This document shows positions 56,919-64,000 of a stretch of DNA of 64,000 nucleotides, piece after piece; positions within the stretch are counted from its first letter, which is position 1; every line of letters starts with the position of its first letter. The position numbers were made by a program, and so were the translations under genes. Source of the DNA: Antedon mediterranea (taxonomy: Eukaryota > Animalia > Echinodermata). The notes under the pieces were generated by a model. It was given only the letters and a program-made list of their open reading frames with translations, was not told the origin of the DNA and did no database searches. The stretch is from positions 7,864,201 to 7,928,200 of the forward strand of contig NC_092670.1 of assembly GCF_964355755.1 (NCBI RefSeq), written 5' to 3'.

Positions 56919-57935
56919 ATGTCAAAAACGCCATCTCATATCCGATCAAGGATCGTTCGTTACCATCATATGGGGTACAAACTAACAAAGATATTGGAAA
57001 TCCTACACACTGAAGGTTATGACGTTCATAAATCGACAATATCAAGAATTATAAAGCGATTTAATAATTTTAAACAAATTAGTGACCGTCCACGATCCGG
57101 ACGTCCTAATATCGTAACGAATGAACACCTTGACATCATTGACAAAGCTATGGCCGAGAACGATGAAATGACTGCCAGGCAGTTGCAAGCCGTTTTTATG
57201 AATAAAACTAACGTAAGTTTATCCATAGCAACTATTAAAAAAACGCGACGCAAATTAGGTTGGAGATGCGAAGGTACAAGATATTGTCAGCTCATTAGGC
57301 AGCCAAATAAAGTGGATCGCTTTCACTATGCATTAACGTGTATTAGAAACAAGGAGAATTTTCGTAATGTTATATTCACCGATGAATGCACAATTGAATT
57401 GGATCATCATGCAAGAATATCATTCCGAAAACTAGATGAACAACCAAAGCTAAAGCCAAGACCCAAACATCCTGTGAAAGTTCATGTTTGGTCTGGTATT
57501 TCCAGAACCGGTTCTATGCCGATTGTTATATTCGACGGAATCATGAGGACAGATTTCTACATCAACGAAATCTTAGGGAAAGCAGTAATACCATATGCCC
57601 GCCTAAACTACCCGAATGGATATCGTTTCATGTAGGACAATGATCCAAAGCATACGGCGAATGCAACGAAAACCTTCATGAAAGATAATGATATATATTG
57701 GTGGAAGACACCGGCAGAGAGCCCCGACCTAAACCCGATCGAATTAGTGTGGCATCAACTCAAAGACTACTTGCGGCGATTTCATAAGCCACATACAAAA
57801 GATGAACTGATTTGTGGTATCAAAACGTTTTGGACAACTAACATGACTCCAGAATTATGTCAAACCTATATTAGCCACTTGAGAAAGGTTATCCCGGCCG
57901 TTATCAGAAGAGAAGGCAAAGCAACCGGATATTGA
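56919..57935 (+). pseudogene. Tc1-like DD34E transposase with one in-frame nonsense codon (TAG 57633-57635)
   Basis: N-terminal HTH (VHKSTISRIIKRF...DRPRSGRP), second HTH (MTARQLQ...LSIATIKK), IFTDE, VHVWSGIS, FM*DNDPKH (expected Q) and SPDLNPIELVW. There are 34 residues between the second D and E. Both ORFs share one frame (338 codons in total). Confidence 0.93.
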
Positions 57936-58379
57936 AGTTTATTCATCGCAAACCAAACAGCCCTTTTCAGGGCTAAAAAAATACGAAAGAAATTTGATAG
58001 CATTTACTTGGTCTATATTTTTTTTATTACCACATTACTTATACCCTATACAGTATATGTTTTATTTTAAATCTCTTTATCGACACCTTTACGTACTGTA
58101 CATTGTAAGCACAAACCCCAGAAGAACAAATAACAATAGCGGTACTATTATGATAATAATACCTTTTCTTTTTGTAACAATACATAATACAAAGCGACGT
58201 TTAAAACAATGATAGGCGCAACTGTAATGAAATGAGTCATACTGTTAAATGAAGCTCTTTTTTATCTTTATTATTATTTTCTGTTAGTTAGGAAGAAATG
58301 ATTAAATTATAAATACTAAACATTGATGTTAAAGTAATAAACGTTTTGATTTATTAACATTTAAACTGACATACAAAAA

Positions 58380-58715
58380 TATAACATTAATTTATAAATA
58401 CAGTAAAAGACTAAATTAAAGACAATTTGTAAACGTTTATATACTAAATAAAATAATTAAACATTATTATACTTAACATTTTAAATGTACTTAATCTCTA
58501 GTTAAATTATCTAGTGAAGAGAGAGTCTCTTTAAATCGCGTTTTAACATTAATTTATTAACTATAGTAAAAGAAAATATTTAACAATAAAATACTAAATA
58601 AAATTCGGACAATTTGTAAACATTTAAAATACTAAATTACAAAAATTAAACACTTAAATTTACTTAATCTCTAATTACATTATCTAGTGAAGAGAGTCTC
58701 TTTAAATCGCGTTTT
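58380..58715. repeat. Imperfect ~170-bp tandem duplication covering the BEN gene stop and 3' UTR
   Basis: acttaatctcta..ttatctagtgaagagagtctctttaaatcgcgtttt occurs at ~58489-58545 and ~58662-58714; the adjacent AT-rich blocks are also duplicated. Confidence 0.75.
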
Positions 58716-59479
58716 CTGTTTCGTCTAGCAGCATCGAATGAAATTTCACAGGATCTCCATACCTTATGTTCTAATCCTTTCGCGACTGGAGAATACTTGA
58801 AAGTTTGTTGTCGTACGATATCCATTCGTTCCACGTCCAGTTGTTCTGCATCCCGAGTACCGCTTACGTTGCATCGTAGTCGTTCTTCTTCGGTGAAATA
58901 AAATCCAAGCAGATGTTTCGATACTTTCTTCGTGTCTTCGTGGTCGCGTAGAAGTTTTAGAATCAGGTTACGTGGTAGGTCATCTTCTGAGTTTAGTCGT
59001 CTTGGTGGGTGTACGCTGGGTCTTGATGGAGTAGCGGTTGGTGGTGGTGGAGGAGTTTGAATGATTGGTTGTGCTGTCGTCGAAGGTAACCATGGTTGGT
59101 GTATCTGCCGTTGCTGTGGTTCAGGTCGTGATTCAATTGATGATAGTCTTTGGTGAATGGCAAGTAAGTCGGCTGATTGACGGTCAAGTTCGCGTTGTTG
59201 GGTAGCTACTGTGTTGGTCAGAGTTAGATTCGCTGCCTCCAGTTCACGAACCCGATCATTTAACGTGGCTATGGTGATGGCATCAGTGTTCGAGTCGTCG
59301 CTGTCCCTCCATGCAGTGGCTGATAAAGTGATGTCTTTTCCTGTGTCCTGTTCATATCTGGCTATCATCGTACTCATTCGGTCATCAGCGGTGTTTAAAG
59401 GGCACACGTCATATTGCCAATCATCTCCAACGTCGTCAGTCCTTACAACATCGGTAACGATTTCACGAACACATGCAGC
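58664..59479 (-). CDS. Transposon accessory gene exon 3: coiled coil, Pro-rich linker and BEN domain
   Basis: Acceptor ttttctttacag|GCT, phase 0. IATLNDRVRELEAANLTLTNTVATQQRELDRQSADLLAIHQRLSSIE has heptads; PPPPP linker; KKVSKHLLGFYFTEEERLRCNVSGTRDAEQLDVERMDIVRQQTF...VWRSCEISFDAARRNRKR fits the BEN pattern (LL..FF..EE....N..G.....LD..R...I...W). Confidence 0.85.
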   Translation of the reverse strand, partial: AACVREIVTDVVRTDDVGDDWQYDVCPLNTADDRMSTMIARYEQDTGKDITLSATAWRDSDDSNTDAITIATLNDRVRELEAANLTLTNTVATQQRELDRQSADLLAIHQRLSSIESRPEPQQRQIHQPWLPSTTAQPIIQTPPPPPTATPSRPSVHPPRRLNSEDDLPRNLILKLLRDHEDTKKVSKHLLGFYFTEEERLRCNVSGTRDAEQLDVERMDIVRQQTFKYSPVAKGLEHKVWRSCEISFDAARRNRKRDLKRLSSLDNVIRD

Positions 59480-59765
59480 CTGTAAAGAAAAGAAAATAAT
59501 ACATAGAACATTATAAAACAAAAACCAATAATGTAAATTAGCGCGCAAGCATAAGATGAATTTTACGATGAATTTTGGAAAACCACAAGTGGATGCAATA
59601 AACAATGTGATTAATTCTAGTAGTAATTACTGTCAACCAATAGTGGTGGGTCTATGGAAGAAAGCTAAATCTGTATGTAATATAATATCAAATAAGGGAA
59701 ATAAAACAACTTTTTAAATTATGGGAATAACATTTAAAAAATGAGTTTTAAAATGTTTAACTTAC

Positions 59766-59951
59766 TGGTTTCTCAACATTAACAGTCTTCCTCTTCTTTG
59801 GTTTCGTTCCATAATCATGTTGTTTCTTACCATCATCTCTATCATCATTCACCACGGCATCATCAGTGTCATCATCATCATCGTCGTCGCTCTGAACCAA
59901 TTCTCCAGCGATGCTTTCGTATTTGACCGTCACGCCAATCGAAGTATTAAT
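59766..59951 (-). CDS. Transposon accessory gene exon 2: acidic tract and NLS
   Basis: Acceptor cttctttttag|ATT, donor CCA|gtaagt; 186 nt, phase 0 to 0. Reads INTSIGVTVKYESIAGELVQSDDDDDDDTDDAVVNDDRDDGKKQHDYGTKPKKRKTVNVEKP. Confidence 0.82.
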
Positions 59952-60214
59952 CTAAAAAGAAGTAAAAACAACAAAATTTAACAAACATATCAAAATAGTG
60001 AAAATGTATACCATAAAAAAAAATCATTGAAAACAACAGGAAATTATATTAAATTTATTTATTGATGTGTCAGTCGCCACAAACTATGGAATATTACATG
60101 TAGTTTGTAAATGTTAAAATTAAAATGTAAAGACAAAATTAAAATGCTTGTCCGTTTCAAAAATGGATAATCAATTAAATAACAAGAAAGTAAATAACAA
60201 GAATAACATCTTAC

Positions 60215-60514
60215 CTCACAAAGAAACGGATCGTTGTTTTCCACAACTAATGGCGGTGATAATCCTCCACTTGGGATGGTTTTTCTAAATTTATCTCCAC
60301 GTTGCAGTGTTCTTAAAGTCACGTGCGCTGCTGATATGATTCGTCTGCGTAATGGACTTCTAACAAAATCGCTCGCTACCCATGATGAGTTACTGTATCC
60401 AGCCCACTGTATCAGTATTCGCCTTCCGTCTATTTTTTTAATTTTTCCCGTTAGCCAAATCCCGCATTCCTTATCGATGGCCTGGATGCTGCTCCCAATT
60501 TTAAACGTCGACAT
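60215..60514 (-). CDS. Transposon accessory gene exon 1: Tudor/MBT/chromo-barrel-like domain
   Basis: caaaATG start; MSTFKIGSSIQAIDKECGIWLTGKIKKIDGRRILIQWAGYSNSSWV fits the Royal-family pattern F.VG..L.A.D...W..A.I..I....ILI.(F/W).G(W/Y)...W. Donor GAG|gtaag, 300 nt, phase 0. Confidence 0.82.
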
Positions 60515-60536
60515 TTTGTAAGTGATAGTAAATATT

Positions 60537-60574
60537 AAATGATGACAAACACCAGTTATCAGCTAGTTTTTATA
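60537..60574 (-). promoter_or_regulatory. Putative TATA/Inr promoter of the accessory gene
   Basis: Minus-strand TATAAAA starts at 60574; TCATCATTT (Inr-like) lies ~31-34 nt downstream, ~26 nt before the ATG. Confidence 0.5.
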
Positions 60575-61149
60575 CTTGTTGAGCGGCAACATAAACAAAA
60601 TCGAAGAACAATATAATACAATAACTGAAGAACATGAATTGTGCGCGCTTGCCGCCCCTCCGAACAATGCCGCACACATCAAACATCCCTTTGTTTTTAT
60701 GTAACCATAAAAAAGCGCCGAAACAAAGGGAGCTGTCGATAAAAATAACTTACAAAAATCACAGAACTGAAACTCATGAATGTGTAGCCGACAAAAACTC
60801 GCTTATTTTATTTACCGCATTAAAATACAAAATACACAGCGATACAATTTATTTTAAAACACATAAACATTTTATTTCTATATACAAAACTTCGTTATTA
60901 ATGGTAACCACCTACACACCACGTGACTTACGGTAAATTACGAACTATTGACCTCAGTAACAATTACAGTAGGCCAGTGTAGGCCTATTTATTAATGTAC
61001 AGAAGTACTGTAGACTAGGTTTGTGTAATTTACCGGTTGAAACATGAGTGCAATTACAGCATTATTACCTTGTTGGACGCAAACATTTTGCATCCTAGGA
61101 TTGTTTAGTGGTTTTACGAAAATCTATAAACAAAATTCATAGGTGTAGG

Positions 61150-61385
61150 CCAACGTGGTACTCGTTCGATTATTGTTTATCGGAGCTACGAAGCCTACGA
61201 GTGGTGACGCGTGGTAACGCATGGTACTTCGTGAGAACACGTGGTACTTCGTGGGAACTGTTTATTGAGGTTACGAATTCCCACGCGTGGCCACGAAGTA
61301 CCACGCGTTGCCACGAAGTACCACGCGTGGCCACGAAGTACCACGCGTGGCCACGAAGTAGCCACGAAGCTAGAACGTGGGTAAC
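61150..61385. repeat. Right subterminal array: 20-bp unit CCACGCGTGGCCACGAAGTA x4 plus inverted degenerate copies
   Basis: Tandem copies at 61281-61360; inverted copies (cgtggtacttcgtg) at 61150-61255. Confidence 0.9.
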
Positions 61386-62278
61386 GTTGCAGTAGTTTTT
61401 AGCTGTACTGTAACATGGTAGAAATAACATAATGTGCAATGGGATACGGACAATTTGCGATCCGAGAGGATGGCTACTGTAGGCTAGTTATAGGCCACCA
61501 CGCATGTCAGATCTTATCACTCACAAAATACTATGTTAATTAAATTTACACAATATTTGGTTTTTTTCTGAACCCACTTTTCCACACTGTGCTTTTAAAT
61601 GAGCCTAAATAAATATTATAACGCTTGAAAGGCATTGATTTATTGGATTAGAGTCAATTAATTTGTTAATAATCATTAATTTTGGTTGATTTCCTTCTTA
61701 TGAAGAGTTAATTTCAACATTGAAAAGATACATTAGCCCTTCCACTTGTTAAACCTGCTGTGGCCTTAATAAAGATAATTCGGTTATATCCATGAACCAA
61801 GTCAAGAAATGTCGTTTGATAAAAGTGAAAATGAGGTTTACTTGAATAACAGTCTGACTCTATAGTTCATTACATCAACCAGAGACAAAGTATTAACTTC
61901 GAGTTGGAACGACTTGGTAACACTTGGTGCGCACTATACCTGTTTTTTTTAACCGACCAATACTAATAATTTATACTAAAAGTCTTTCTATTGTTATTAA
62001 TCACATCCTTTATTTCATTTTAAAGTCGTTCGTTGAGAACCGTTTTATATCAAGCCGAAATAAAATTATTTCTATATAGGCCTAGATATTTTAAAATAGA
62101 GTCTATCGAAACATACTACTATACTACTACTAAATAGGATCTTACAAGAACACTCATCGAATAACATTTTCGGCCCTGACATAGAGGCTCTGTTCTGTCG
62201 TCGACGTGGCCCAACACATTAGACGATGATTTGAAAATAGGAATGACTGCTATAAAGTGCAAAAACCGATTTATCTTA

Positions 62279-62472
62279 AGGTTCTTTCACATTTGTTCCG
62301 GCACGGTTCCGGTCCGGCGAATCGAACATCAATGTTTCGTTTTCACGACGCTCCACGCGGCTATGCGCCAATCGATATGCGCGTAGCCGCGTGAAAACGA
62401 AGCATTCACGTTCGATTGGATTTTCCGGCGCCGCCGGACCGGAACCGTGCCGGAGCAGTTGTGAAAGGCCCT
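62279..62472. mobile_element. Palindromic PIF/Harbinger-type MITE (194 bp)
   Basis: aggttctttcacatttgttccggcacggttccggtccggcg ... cgccggaccggaaccgtgccggagcagttgtgaaaggccct with TTA on both sides; the interior is also self-complementary. Confidence 0.85.
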
Positions 62473-64000
62473 TTAAACATGTTTTGGCTCTAACACGTTC
62501 ATGTACCTATTCTAGTTATTACACAATGTAGTATACTTACCTGCTGTTTTCGTTGAATATTCACTTCTTTAGGCCTACTTTAAAATACGCTTTCTGATTA
62601 CAGTAAATGCATAATCATTTGCATAATGTGTGATATGCAGGTGCATGTATTCCTACTCGGAGATTTGATAATTCTCTTCGTTACGTGTTTAGAAGAGAAA
62701 TATATCTCATCGCAGTTGTACGACACGGCCTGATATGCCTGCGTTGTTATGCAAATGAGATTGTGCAGGTGTAGTGAAACTGGTGGTTTTTCAACTGACG
62801 TATGTAGTCGCACCGTCCCAGATTAAATATGATACATATTTTAAACAAATAGTTTGTTTTTGTTTGTTGTTGCATGAGGACTGAGATGAGATAAATACTG
62901 ACAGTAAACACTACACGTAGAGTGAAGACTATAACGTCTTGGTAAGAGACTAAATTGTTTTTTTATTCGAACATTTATAATTATCTTCTTTCCATACTCT
63001 CACCTACACTGATGAAGGCTACCCAAAATCTCTATGGGAATTAGGTTATGGATAATAATATGTTTTTATCATGACATTGATACAGTACTTTGATGTAAAC
63101 TTAAATTTGAACTTATACCGAAATCTACTCTAGAGGGATAAATCAAGTTACTTTTAATTAGTCTAGAGGGCAGTATTTAATTTAGGCTACATAATTTTAA
63201 ACAGGTTGTTAAAATTCAGTCTATGATGAACAACCAATGCCAAAAATGGGTTCAGACGCCGAGATAAGGTCCGCCCATCCGTTAAATTTCATGAAACTCA
63301 TGCATTCAGGCGAACAATTTATTGGTTAACTAGATGATTGTTTAAAAGGTTTATTTTTCTAACCAACCCTAGAGATCTGTACCAAGTTATTATTTATGGG
63401 CCTATAGCTATATAATTGACTTCTATGCATATACCCAGAAATACTAATTTCTTGTTATTCTGCATAAGTTAATACTTCATAACCATTTAAATTCTCTAGG
63501 CCATCACACACCACATCCACACACCCGTTATCAATACAGTCTATGTTAGTTTAGCAGAACATTTGTGCCTATTTAAATGATTTGGTTGTTGTCAGTCGAA
63601 GTCATTTGATGATATGCAGAGTTTATGCATGTGTGTACTGTTTTAATGTATATGTTCCTGAACTAAGTTTAGAGAGAGAGAAAGAGAGTTACAACCGATG
63701 TCGACCTTTTCAAACCGATGATTGGCATGTATTTTCCGCTACCCTTTGTAAAACATTCAATGTAAATGTGATAGAATAAATTAGACAGACGATAACAGCA
63801 TGCAAAAGGTCTATTGTTGAAAAAATCACATGTGAGCTTAATTTACATGGAAATTACCCCTGAGTTGAGTTACTGAAAATAGAAATGAAATATACAGGTA
63901 GAAGTCTTTCCTATTCATACAGCTGTGTATAATTGTTTGAAGATTATCATATCTGGTCCGGGAGTTGAACTTATTAGGTCAGAAACTGGACGGTCAGCCC

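Larger units (their letters stand above)
54486..61410. mobile_element. Large Tc1-family (DD34E) transposon carrying an accessory Tudor-like/BEN gene
   Basis: TA at 54484-85 and 61411-12. Imperfect TIRs: left CAGTACAGCTAATAATTACTGCTTCGTT-CCCACG, right (reverse complement) CAGTACAGCTAAAAACTACTGCAACGTTACCCACG. Subterminal CCACG arrays at both ends enclose the transposase and a second gene. Confidence 0.85.

Noticed and set aside
59480-59605. Hydrophobic N-terminus of the 313-aa ORF as a signal or TM segment
   Set aside because: It is intron read-through ending in the acceptor ttttctttacag at 59480.
60059-60214. C-terminal third of the 151-aa ORF
   Set aside because: Intron sequence following the GAG|gtaag donor at 60215.
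61108-61439. ORFs 61108-61395(+), 61170-61439(-) and 54559-54795(-)
   Set aside because: They arise from the GC-rich subterminal repeat arrays of the transposon.

Overview
AT-rich, intron-containing animal genomic DNA. It is probably a marine invertebrate, possibly an echinoderm (inferred only from sequence style). Three coding units are visible. (1) A minus-strand PDGF/VEGF-family (PVF, VEGF-C-like) gene has exons at 18756-18634, 2777-2624, 2230-2022, 1028-466 and 7-1 (continuing off the window), a ~15.9 kb first intron, and a TATA/Inr/CArG/CRE promoter. (2) Small phase-compatible minus-strand exons at ~50852-49981 may be the 3' end of an unidentified gene. (3) The most unusual item is a ~6.9 kb TA-flanked Tc1 (DD34E) transposon at 54486-61410. 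Besides a transposase broken by one nonsense codon, it carries an intact, spliced, convergent accessory gene with a Tudor/MBT/chromo-barrel-like domain, acidic tract, NLS, coiled coil and BEN domain. Both element ends hold arrays of CCCACGCG/CCACGAAG motifs, and a hAT-like element is nested inside. The rest of the window is non-coding, with many MITEs, LINE tails, SINE-like heads, minisatellites and strongly over-represented TA-bounded words (TAGGCCTA, TACAGTA).
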